From NCBI GenBank assembly GCA_951406725.2, contig OX597817.1, forward strand, positions 66,836,001 through 66,900,000: a stretch of DNA of 64,000 nucleotides, in the 5' to 3' direction. Position 1 is the stretch's first letter, and each line of letters opens with the position of its first letter. This stretch comes from Octopus vulgaris (Eukaryota). The notes beneath the pieces were generated by a model. It did not search any database and had not been told where the DNA came from. It saw only the letters and a program-made list of their open reading frames with translations. Of this stretch, positions 52,935 to 64,000 are shown piece by piece. Both the position numbers and the translations under genes were made by a program.

Positions 52935-55916
52935 ATAATGGAATTGTCTGGCGCCAGCATTGTACCAGGGAGTGCCAGGATGGTACCGTAAAGGAGTTCA
53001 GCAGAGGAGAAACCTAAGTCTGTTTTACAGCAGTGCGACAACCAAGAAGAACGATAGGCAAGAATTCTGTCCAAGACTGCGGATCAGGAGTGACACGTAG
53101 AGCGGCACTATTGGAATGGCTTCAGACCAACGAGAGAAACGATTGACGTATGTCAATATATGGGAAACTACAACTGACAGGCTATGGTCCAACCAGATCA
53201 ATGTGGACATGGCGAAAGCAAGTCTCCGGCGGAGAAAACTGTCCAAGAGGAGCGCGAATGTGCCTGTGGATTTTAGAACGCTTGCATTTCACACAAGAGC
53301 GTGCCCAAGCGGTGATCATGCGGCGCTTATTAGGCCAGGAAAACCGAGCCGTAATAAGCTTCACCGAGGCAGCGATGCCAGGATGTGCCAGTGAATGCGA
53401 GGCATCAAACACAGAACGCTGGTGGTTCGCAGGTACAAACGGTCTGGGAGAACCAGTCGCTGTGTCACAAAGGATTGTGCCTTCAGCAGACCGGAAGTGG
53501 AAGATAGGTAAACTTGCAACAGGACAACTTGGTGGAAGTTAGATCCAATGTGTACAGAGCTGGCTGATCCTGCGCAATGCCAGTTAAATCGATTGCAGCA
53601 AGAGATGAAAGAGAACACACAGGAGACGAAAGAGTGCGTCAGCAGGTATGTTCTCTGTTCCAGGTATATGCCGAATGTCACTCGTGAACTGGGAAATGTA
53701 GTCCAGGTGGCGAAAAGCACGAGGCGAGTGTTTGTCCGATTTAGATGACAGAGCAAACGTCAGAGTCTTGTGGTCAGTATAAAATACAAAATGACGAACC
53801 GGCAGATAGATCACTAAGAGTTCACGATCAAACGTACTGTAACGACGTTCAGCTGACTTTAATTGACAAGAAAAAAGAATTGCCAAAGGTCGACTTTGAT
53901 TGTCGACGGTATGTTGCAAAACAGTACCAACCGCAGAATCCGATGCAACAACTGTTAAAGAGAGACGAGCAACAGGAACCGGACGTGCAAGCAAAGGAAC
54001 AGAAGCTATTTCCTTCTTGATTGACTCAAAAAAAGATAATGCCTCGGCAGATAGAGTGATAGGAGAATTTGATTTGAAAGTCAGATCAACCAGCTCTGGG
54101 AAAGAAGCCAAGAGGTAATGGAACTGGTCACCAGCAGTGGCGACAAAAAATGACGGGCTGAGAACAGTATTAGTAATAACCTGAGTAGGCGTAAACAAAG
54201 ACGTAGAATCGTCTACGAGTCTCTGTCGCCTGACATCTACTAAGTGAAAGTAGTTTAAGGAGTCCGTGCCCAGAATGGGGTACGGTAGATTTGTTATAGC
54301 AAAATCTCACCTAAAATCCCTGCAAAGGTTGAGATCTAGGTGTAATGAGACCTGACCGTAAGTTTTTATCGGGGATAGATTCACCGCGTGCATGTAATGG
54401 CAGATTACTTCTGCTTGTCTGAAGTAAGACGCAAAGGCCAAATAGAACAGCTGGATCCGGTGTCAACCATTAACGATTCGTTAAACACACGATCCTTAAC
54501 GAAGAATGCACGATGAGATGAAAAATTGCGGAGGATTTTGAAGTGCCCAAATCTTCCGTAACTAGTTTCACGACAGTTTGAACGATGGGCTTTATCCTTG
54601 AATGTGGCATGGTACCAGCCGAGACTGGAAACCGTTGGAGTAGAACTTGACGACCGGGACTTAGAACGGCTTCTGCTGCGAGGACGACGAGAGCTGGCAT
54701 GTTCTCGCGACAATGTGTCCATGCGACGTGCTAATGCATCGATTCTCTCCAAAATGTCGTCATGTAACGTGGGAGAAGACTTTGTGATAGTAGAGGAAGC
54801 TACTACGGGGCCCGAACAGGTATGCTGCACAGTGAACTCTATGATCTTGTCCGCGATGGTGGCTATCTGATCGAGCGAATTGGAGTCGACCGTTGTGGCC
54901 AGTATGGATTGGACATTCGGCAGTAGTTGAGAGAAAAACAATTTCCTAAGCAGAGGATTGTTCTCAAGTGGAGTGTCGCTGAGTTCACACAAACGACGAA
55001 GAAACTCAGATGGCGTCCGAGATCCCAGATTTTCATCCTGCATCAGTGTCTGGAATTTCCTTTTCGCGGATGGTGTGTTCCGACGGAGAACCTCGGATTT
55101 GACGGACACGTAATTCGTGTCCGGATGTGGGTCAGTAATGAGATCTTTCACTAAGCGTGCAAGGGGTGCAGGCATCCTACAGTACAAAAGATTTAAGCTG
55201 CTGTTGGTGAGGTACCGCATGGGTGGAAAAAATACGCATCCAGTTGAGTGAACCAAAGCGTGACATCACCAGAGTACGCGGGTAAGTTGGGAAGACTCAT
55301 TTTGTATAGAGAAAAGAAAAAAGGACTAAAGAACCGACAAAAGTGTTGCTGGAATAGTAACGTGTGTGCGAAAAAAATATTCTTACCAAAATTTTTGATT
55401 TTTTTTTTGTGTACTGTGTGCAACAATGAAAATAAAAAATTCTTTTTTTAGTCACCAAACCTGTGTTGCAGTCCGCTGGAAAAAAATCTTTGTGTATTTT
55501 TTTAAGAAGTCGTCAGAAAATGGCCGGCGAACTGGTAATTTTTTTTTTTTTTTTTCAACACGTGAGGCAATCCGAACATTGCGGTAGACAGGAACGATGG
55601 CTGGAAGTTGATGGTCGGCTTGCTTGAAGTGTCCTCCCGAAGCTGCATTTGTGTATGTACTGGCATCAAACGTTGACGGTCGACTTTGTGGGAGAAATTA
55701 CTTCAAAAGGAAATTACTTGAAAGAATACCGTCTAGTTGCATGTGGGAAGAAAACATACTCTGCGAGGTACAAGTTCAAGGCGAGAAACACGAATTCTAA
55801 AGGTTCACTTGAACGAGAGAAGATAGTCTGACGTTGGGCCAGACTGCCATTCAGGTGAGGCATCTACAATGAGAAAGCTTGCCGCTGCCGAAATCCTTTT
55901 TCCGTCGGGGTCACCA
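52935..55916 (-). mobile_element. Ty3/Gypsy LTR retrotransposon, decayed (gag, protease, RNase H, integrase; RT core deleted)
   Basis: Gag MSLPNLPAYSGDVTLWFTQLDAYF...RTPSEFLRRL, protease LMVDTGSS, RNase H ASDSAVGTVLQ..ERRYSTFDRELL..YTDHK, integrase HSLAHPG..CVKC..HIDLVGP. PBS-Trp cgtcggggtcacca at 55903-55916. Confidence 0.93.
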
Positions 55917-56239
55917 TTTTTTAATGGAATTGAAGGCTTGTGATACCTGTGGAATATCTCCTTCTCCCATTATAATTATTTCCGTAGTCTTAAGGATATG
56001 GAACACGAAAAAGTTTACAAGCGCCGTGCAATTCAATAGTCGTTTATTTTTAGTTCTCGTTCATGTGACTCGCTCCCAGTGATCGTCTTTATGGCCGCGC
56101 GTGGTTCGTTATAGCTCCGTTCACGCGAGGTTTATTAACTCTGGAGATAACAGTTGATGTTAGAGCGGGATAAGAGTCCGTTGTGAGCTGCCAGCTTCGC
56201 AGTGTTTCTCAGCGTAAGTGAGAAGGAAGAAAGAGATGA

Positions 56240-57368
56240 TTTTTTATTACCCACAAGGGACCAACGAAGAGAGGACAATACAAACACATGTGGGGACATA
56301 TAAAAACGAAAAAATAAATAAAAATTAAAAAATTAAAAAATTAAAACGTATGATATGCATGAATGATACAATGAAAATGATAATGAAAGTGAGCTACTTG
56401 CCTCACTTCAAGCAGCATCACATGCTTCCTTTTATCTTATAAATTCCAAGTACTTTATACCATATTTCTCGGTCAGTTACTCGTACTTTATATTGTCTGG
56501 TATCGTCTTTAAATCAGAAATCACCCTCCAACACTTATAACCCCTCTTAAATTTCAATATTTCGTCTTTTTAGCTTTCGGACACCCGAACACATAAGTGC
56601 CATCCCTCAATGTTTGTGCATCCTTTGACATGGACAAATCTTGCAGTCTTCCATTTTGTTATCTTATTGAGCAGTTCCTTGTCCACACCTTCAACCATCA
56701 TACACACGAAACAATTTCATTGGGCGGGGGAGTTTGTATTTCTTCTTTTTCTCTTGCTTTGTGTAGGAGGGGAAAGAGTGAGTTTGGTGACTGTGGGGGA
56801 GAGGGTATGGGTGGAGTTGGTATAGTTTGGGGTTCTACTTCACTCTGTCCTTTCTTCCTCTTCCTTTTTCTTCATTCAGTTACCACCCACTGTTCTTCGT
56901 TTCTCTTTTTTTCTTATTGCACCTTCTCCGGCTTCTTTCCAGCTTCCTCCTGACTTTTCGGCGTCTGTAGAGGGCAGTGTGCTCTAATGTGACTTTTTGG
57001 CCACATTTGAAGCAACGAGGGGTTCTGCCCTCCACCCACACTTTCAACACTACATCTCCAGTGGTCACCGTTTCCACCAGTGTTCCTGCAGTACCCTGTA
57101 TGATCAGGTCCAATATTTGGCCTTTCCATACCGAATTTTCTGTTTTTGTGACTTGGAGGACGGCTATTTCTTCTTTACTTCCTAGAAGAACAGCCGCTGC
57201 AACCCAAGCCACATCTATTTATGGTGGAATTCCCTCCACTCTAATCCTGGAAGTCCTTCTTCCAAGATAAGTGGGTAGAAGGACCACTTTTTCCGACTTT
57301 ACTGTGGTTACTGTGTGTTCTTTTGCTTTTCCTTCTGTCTTGAAATGGACCACAATTGTTCGGTATAA
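56240..57368 (-). mobile_element. Tx1-like ORF1-only derivative (half-LINE) with a SINE-like 3' tail
   Basis: LLPTYLGRR..VEGRTPRCFKCGQKSHIRAHC zinc knuckle, homologous to the ORF1 at 59430-59940. Followed by an AT-rich 3'UTR and the tail gtcccttgtgggtaataaaaaa, with no recognisable ORF2. Confidence 0.7.
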
Positions 57369-57370
57369 CA

Positions 57371-58819
57371 AGGATAAGTCCATCGGCTTGTGGCTCGGCA
57401 GCTGGAGTGGCAAGACGATAACGCCCAGTGTCGTGGGGTACTGAACGGATAGTCCTGTTAAGTTGCTTGGAGTCTGGTTTGGACCGGATTCCCAGACGGG
57501 GAAGAATTGGAGTGGGGTGGCAAATAGGGTGAAGGCCCTAACCCGGACCTTGTCTGGAAGGGCACTATCCATGAAAGGGAGGGCGGAAGTGGTGCAGGTG
57601 TACATTGCATTAATTATCACCTACAGTCTGACCATTGTCCCTTGATCTGATTCGTGGCTAAGCATGTTGGGACGCCTTCTCTTCCGCTTTTTGTGGAGAT
57701 GAGGAAAACCGTTTGTGAGGCGCTCTGTTTGCTCTCAAGAACCGCTAAAGGGTGGGTTAGAGATGCCATGGCTAATGATGTTCAGGCATGCGCTGAGGCT
57801 AAGGCACTTCTGACTCTATCTGGTTAGTGACCGGGGTCGGAATTCGCTGGCGGAGGAATCCATTCCACGACTGGCTTCCTTGGAGGAACTCAAACCCAAC
57901 CTCATTAAAAGACGTAACACGACTGAATGGCAAAAGGAATACCGACAGGCACTCGTGCTAATCCATAAGATGGGCAAGGGTAGTAGCGGGAACACCACCT
58001 CGGTATTCTATAGTGGAATGGTAGAATTTAAGAGGGACGACGTCCTAGGAGAAGCTCTGGGGCTCAATGAAGGCCAACTAGCTAACCTGTTTCAAAGAAC
58101 TTTCAGGCCGGGGTACCTAGATAACTACCAGAAATCCCTGACCTGGCAGTGCTATAAGAGTGCGTTACCTGTTCGCGACAAATTGTCTAGGCATGGAATG
58201 TCTGTGCCAGCGGCATGCCTAAGGTGCGGGCAGGGCGCTGAAACCGTTCTGCACGCTCATGTACAGTACCCGGTGCTTTCGGGGTTGATAATTTACGAAG
58301 AACACTTACTGTAGTATCTAGGAAGAGTACAGTCGTCTGCTGAGTCCGAGTCAAGATTGTACCACCACCCGGACTATCAAAGGAAGGTAACGAATGTTTT
58401 TTTATGCACAGTCGCAGTACTGAAAGAGTGTATATGGAAAACTAGAATGAAAGGTGTCGCGACGGGAATTATCATCTCCGGCCCTGGTTTGTTCTATTAG
58501 TTCAGATATCATCTGAAGAGCAAGATAGGGCTGGAGAGGAGACACCTGTCGTGAAGTATATTCGGGAAAAGATGGAAGGATGTGGCAAGAAGTTGGCTAC
58601 GAATGACTCTACTTAATCTTATCCATGCTAGAAAAGTATGGTATAGCTGTTGGGCTTCACGGCCAAGTGAAAACTTGTAAACTTTTAAAACATAACATTC
58701 ATCATCATATTTTTAAAACCACTTTTAAAAGAACTCATAAACGCACTATTATTTATTTGTAATGTCCTGTACTGCCTCCTCTATGTCTGATATATAATTA
58801 GCGTAATAAAGAATAATCG
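57371..58819 (+). mobile_element. L1/Tx1-clade LINE 3' portion (post-RT, zinc finger, 3'UTR)
   Basis: LLGVWFGPD, LSMKGRAEV, ALPVRDKL, CLRCGQGAETVLH. Homologous to 20400-21325. Confidence 0.88.
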
Positions 58820-58832
58820 CTTAGGTACATCT

Positions 58833-61579
58833 ACTTTTGGCTGCTGCGTGTTTGTGAGTAATTTGTTATTATCTAATGCTTCATTGTTATTGCACTGTTT
58901 GTTGTACTTGTTGAAATTCGAACTGTTGTTAATTTGTGAACAATTATTTTCACCCTGCCGGGCAGAAAATTGTGAAGTTTGATATTGTTGGAAACAACTG
59001 CTATTTGAACTTGTAATTTGAGCTCTTTGATTTTTTACCCTTTACAGCGTTAAAAAATATTATTGGTGTTAAATAATTTTGGCAAAAATATTTGTTGTCA
59101 ATTTGTATATTCCTTTTGAAAGAATTTATTTTTCTGTAAAATTTCATTATGGAGTACGACTTACTGTCTTAGGAGGATTTCCCATAAATGAAACAGGTAC
59201 CAAGTAAATAAACTGATAATATGAAACAAGTACTCAAGGAAAAGCAAGTTTTTGGGCCGCTGTAGGCGGTAATATGATAAGAGCTGGAGGTGACTATGGT
59301 AGAATTGCTCAAGTATACGAATCTCACAAAAAAAAAAACGGTAGAAAATTGCTCCCTCCGCAATAAATTGTACAGAATACAGCTGCGAGAACGGTAGTAT
59401 ATAAGACGTATAATATAAAGGGGAAAAAGGGTTGTGACATGTACAAATGAAGTAATTGAAAGGAGTCTAGCGCCTATATGGAACAAAATTGTGTACGTTA
59501 GCCGTGATAGAAGGAATGCCACGGTCGAGGCACAGTTTGCTAACGAGAACACAGTGAAGGAATTATCAACCAGAACATTAAAAAACGATGAAATAATTTT
59601 GCTACCAACATATTTGTGCAGAAGAAAGGCAAAAAATCACTGGAAGAAATACCGGCTAGATTCGACGAAATTTGGATAGCAGCAGCCATCAACTACGATA
59701 TGGGAGAAAAAAATGTCTATTTTATAGATGAACAAAAAAGAGGCTGAAAATTGGAAGGCGCTGACCCTTGAGGTCGTGGGTCAAGTCACCCTAGAAATCC
59801 TAGAAGGGCTGCTTGATAGGGTGTTTATAGGAGAGGGGCTGAGTGTGAGGGTTGCAGTAGAGGGGCGTAGGCCACGCTGCTTTAAGTGCGGCGTAAAGAG
59901 TCACGTCCGCTCTGAATGTAAGCCCCTCCCTAAAAAGAACCGTTAAAGACGCGAGAAAGAGAAACAAACGGCAAGGATAGCCGAAAACACCGGAAGAAAC
60001 ACAAGAAATAGCTCAAAACACAGATGAAGAAATCGACTTTACTGTGGTAAAATCCCAAAAGAGGAAAAAGGCCCAAGCCCTGGACTTCCCTCCTCTTTCA
60101 CAGAAAACAACTAAGTCAGTTACAGACACACACGAAAAAAACACCCCACACTATCCCCTTGCTAAAACCTATTACCCAACCCCACCCTAAGACGCAAAAT
60201 AAAATAGTCTTTCAATGACAAAAACGAAGTACCAGCAAGAGTCATTAGAGCTCATTACAAAGCGCAGGTTTACAAAGCCAGCGAGGACATGCCCCCGCAC
60301 ATCCGAATCGCAAGGATGGAGATGGGACTATTCGCCGAACTGAAAGGGAGATATCCCGACGACTTAAAAGATGTGAGCCAAGAGATGGCCGGTAGAACCT
60401 TTTTGGTAATTCCAGCGGCTACACCACAAAAGAGAAAGGATGGGAAGGAAGCTAAATTCTTGCAGCCCCTCCTCAAATTTAAAATGTAAGTAAGCACTCT
60501 TTACTTTGGATATTAAGCTAGGATGTGTAAATGCGCGTGGCCTAGGGTCGAAATGGAAACAAATGTGTCTCCTGAACGACCTTAGGTCACTAGATAGAGA
60601 TGTTTTTGCTGTGACTGAGTTTAAACTGAACGGGCCACAAGCGTTCTCGCCTTTTCTAAATGGCTACGAGAAATTTATTTCTCCTAGTCGGCGGAGGTGT
60701 AGTGGTCTTATTCTGGAAAAACTTGGACGTGCAGGTAAGTACAGTCTTTCTGGACCCAGCAGGTAGGCTGGTCAATTTGGATGTAACACACGTAAGTAAA
60801 CAGTTCTTCGGGTTAGCTGTCTACGCACCAAAAGAGTGTAGATAGGCTGGTTTTTACCGGGACCTGGATAATTTCTTAGTGACGTCAAAAACTAGTTGTA
60901 CTAGGAGACTTTAACACTATTCTCGACGCACGGGTGGATAGTGTTGGCTCGACTGATCGAAGGGGAAACCCTGGCCTCAAAAGGCTACTTGAAAGCTATA
61001 ATCTAGTAGACCGATACAGATTGGATGAACCGCTCGTTCCACAGAAGACGTGGACTAATAACGATAGTTCGCTCAGATCATATATAGATAGAATATTCGT
61101 TAGAGATAGAAATACGTTTAGTTGTCCATGCTTTTGTTGTGTCCCTTACACGGATCACAAGTTTGTGAGGTGTACCTAGATAAGTGTCATAGGTAGAAAC
61201 AAGGGTACTGGAAAATGAAAAAGTCTATTTTGACTTGTAAAACCTTCTGTGGCCGGGTTAAGGAGTTAGTGCAGAGGGCATTAACCGGTGCCATTATTAA
61301 AAATAGATGGTGGTGTGCCCTCAAGCAAGCCATTCGTTCTGAGTCTATTAGATTTAGTAAACAGTAAAGTCTAGATAAGACTAGAATAGAAGGGGCCTTA
61401 ATTAAGGAATTAGATGAGGCCAAGGAGCCTGACTCTGCATCCAGAGTGATGGCGGCGAAAGTGGTTTTTTTTTCCGTCATCTCAAAGCTAAACACGAAGG
61501 GTGTAGATTCAGAGCTAAACTTCGTGTGGTGTCGTCCCATCTATGTGTGATATATAATTATCATAATAAGGAGTCATTT
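58833..61579 (+). mobile_element. L1/Tx1-clade element: 5'UTR, ORF1 (CCHC), endonuclease, RT deleted, 13-bp TSD
   Basis: RPRCFKCGVKSHVRSEC, then APE motifs CVNARGL, LGDFN, SYIDRIF and TDHKFV, then a jump to the family 3' tail at ~61530. TSD cttaggtacatct at 58820-58832 and 61580-61592. Confidence 0.9.
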
Positions 61580-61781
61580 CTTAGGTACATCTCATTGACA
61601 AGAGTAAAAAACCTCGAAAGATCGCTGTCTGAGATTCCTGACAGATGGCGACATTGAACGAACTGCATGTTTTCACACCTTTTTACCTTAAGAGATATTT
61701 TTCTTCATGGTAACTGCAGTCTATTTGCCTTTTAGCTGTTGAAATATATGACAAACATATTTCAACTAACTTAAATTCTGC

Positions 61782-61842
<61 letters not shown>

Positions 61843-62314
61843 AACATCTTAGCCTTTGTACCATTTTTGTAATGAAATAATACTTACTTGGGGTCGATGG
61901 TATCGACAAAGCACTTCCTTCAAATTTGTTGGTCTTTTACCAAAATGAAAAGTCATTATTTTATATTCTAGGATAAATGCAGATACATTTGTAAAAGAAA
62001 CACTTCAAACAGAGAGGGAAGGGAAGGGGATGGAGAGGAAGAGAACAGAAAGGAGAGAATAAGTAAAGATGCGTTGACGTCAGAAATTTTGTTACATCTT
62101 TATCTTCTTCCTACTACCCCTCCCATTTCGTGTTTGAATATACGTTTTACTGTCACTCTTTCTCTTTCACGTTTACTTTGACTCTCCTTGTAAGTCAGGT
62201 TTATACTTCTTACAAACCTTTGTCTCACTTTCCCTATCTCTCGTGTTTTCCGTATATATTTCTGCATTGATGCCATTATTTTTGCCTCTCTTTATTCTTT
62301 CCCTCTTTCTCACC

Positions 62315-62370
<56 letters not shown>

Positions 62371-63791
62371 ATTCGCCATTATTAATACCAACGTCACCGC
62401 CAACGCCTTTACCATCGTCACAACCATAAGAGTTCATTCTCTTTTCTCTAATTACTTCCCTTCGCCTTACGTAGCATGTAGTTAAGAACGTTCTAATATA
62501 TAGCTTACCAGGAGTAATTACAGTTAGACCATAACTGTTTTAAATACGAATAACGTTGAAGATGATGATACTTTTTTTTTTTTACCTTTAAAGGTTGGCA
62601 AAAACATTGGGTGCGATAAAGGTGATATTGCGTGGAGATACCTAAAAGAGCGTGTAAAAAAAGAATAACAAAAGCGTTATAAAGGCAAGTGAAGCCGCAC
62701 TATGTTTCATGACTACTGTTGGACTCATAAGAAAGACTTGTCCGGGAAAATGGTAAAATGTCAGAAACTCGTTTGGATTCAGCACCAATAATGCTACATG
62801 AATCAGCTACTTATATTTTAGAGACATTTTTTTTGCGGTTTACCAAGTATTACATTTATCGAAAACTTTAAAAGAATTTAGTAAAAGGATAGGGGACATA
62901 ACTCTAGTAATTAACTAGCAAGGATTATCGTTCTTGGTTCTATTTACCGTCTGTTTTGTTTTTGCAAACATTACCAAAGGTTCATCATTATAACACAGAC
63001 ACTTCGATGCATGCATAAAACAATTCTAATATGATTGAATTAATAAAGCAGCACAGACTTAGAATATTGACTTCTAAATGAATGTTTTCGAGATAATATA
63101 GAGTTACTTACTCTTACGTCTTTAAAATAAACCGTAAATAAAAAAAAAACTGATTTGTAAAACGAATCGGTTAGTTTGCATGCTTAGATTATTTAATGAC
63201 AAATATAATAGATATTATCATAAATACCTTAAGGTTTTAGGGAGACTGAAACCCCGTTTTCTTTTTCTGCATTTTTTTTCTTTGGCGATAGCAAGCCTTA
63301 AACTGTCAAAGTTATTCTTAGACAAAATTTAATTTCCTTTCTTCTTTTTTCTTTCACCTCTCTGAAAGTTTCTTCTCTCCTACCGACGCACAACGTACAC
63401 AGTTCTTTAATTATTTTACCTAAAACTATTGTTAAATTTGGATCTTTACCTTTTGACCGACAGATTTTAAAAAATAATTTTTTGTAACTAAACACTTTCA
63501 AACTTCGTATACTGGTAGAATGTGTCACATAAAACATCTTTTACTCTTGGCGTTGTTGAGAAAATTCTGTATTTTGGAAGTTATTTCTTGTTAAAGTTGT
63601 CGTATTTTGGTAACTTCAACCAATCAATGACGTGTATTCAGCTGAATAAAATTACTGCTGTTGTTTGTCAACAACAACTTCCGGCAGTGTATATTTCGTT
63701 TGTCACAGTTATTTATGACATATTTCATCTCAGTTACGCTTGTATATGGCACCACCATAATCGTTCGTGCTTCATTTTAAATTGTTTCCGT

Positions 63792-63930
63792 AACTCTAAC
63801 CCTAAAACCCCAACCTTAACCTTAACCCTAATCCTAAAACCTTAACCCTAACCCTAACCCTAAAACCCTAGCCCTAACCCTAAAACCCTAAAACCCTAAC
63901 CCCAAAGCTAAAACCTTAAAGCTAAAACCA
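63792..63930 (+). repeat. Degenerate interstitial (CCCTAA)n telomere-like array
   Basis: About 18 imperfect aaccct/aaaaccct units followed by non-telomeric sequence. Confidence 0.8.
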
Positions 63931-64000
63931 GTACAAACACACGAACGATGTCATAAATAACTAACAAACGAAATATATACCGCCGATAGTTCTTGACAAA

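Noticed and set aside
63792-64000. True chromosome end
   Set aside because: The repeats are degenerate, C-rich on the + strand at the right side, and followed by ordinary sequence.

Overview
This is AT-rich, repeat-dense eukaryotic DNA. The SINE, microsatellite and transposon content looks like an octopus (coleoid cephalopod) genome, which is an inference. The only host gene I can support is the 5' part of a minus-strand DENN-domain Rab GEF (DENND3-like). It has four phase-compatible coding exons (7918-7820, 5588-5294, 3553-3426, 431-250), runs off the left edge of the window, and lies in a CpG-depleted block. From about 16 kb onward the window is nested, mostly dead mobile DNA: Tigger, mariner and MULE DNA transposons, Helitrons, RTE, CR1, Tx1-like and Penelope non-LTR elements, a decayed Gypsy, two non-coding tRNA-Trp-primed LTR elements, many tRNA-derived SINEs and a GC-rich satellite. 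The most notable observations are: (1) SINE multimers that always join at AAATA|GGTATTTCGTC and share a 3' tail and a GGTA-type target with Tx1-like LINE derivatives, suggesting a self-targeting SINE/LINE system; (2) an 8.2-kb composite Helitron whose removal rejoins a split hammerhead-like motif; (3) an LTR element with a tandem array of primer-binding sites; (4) Penelope-type minimal hammerheads with non-canonical cores.
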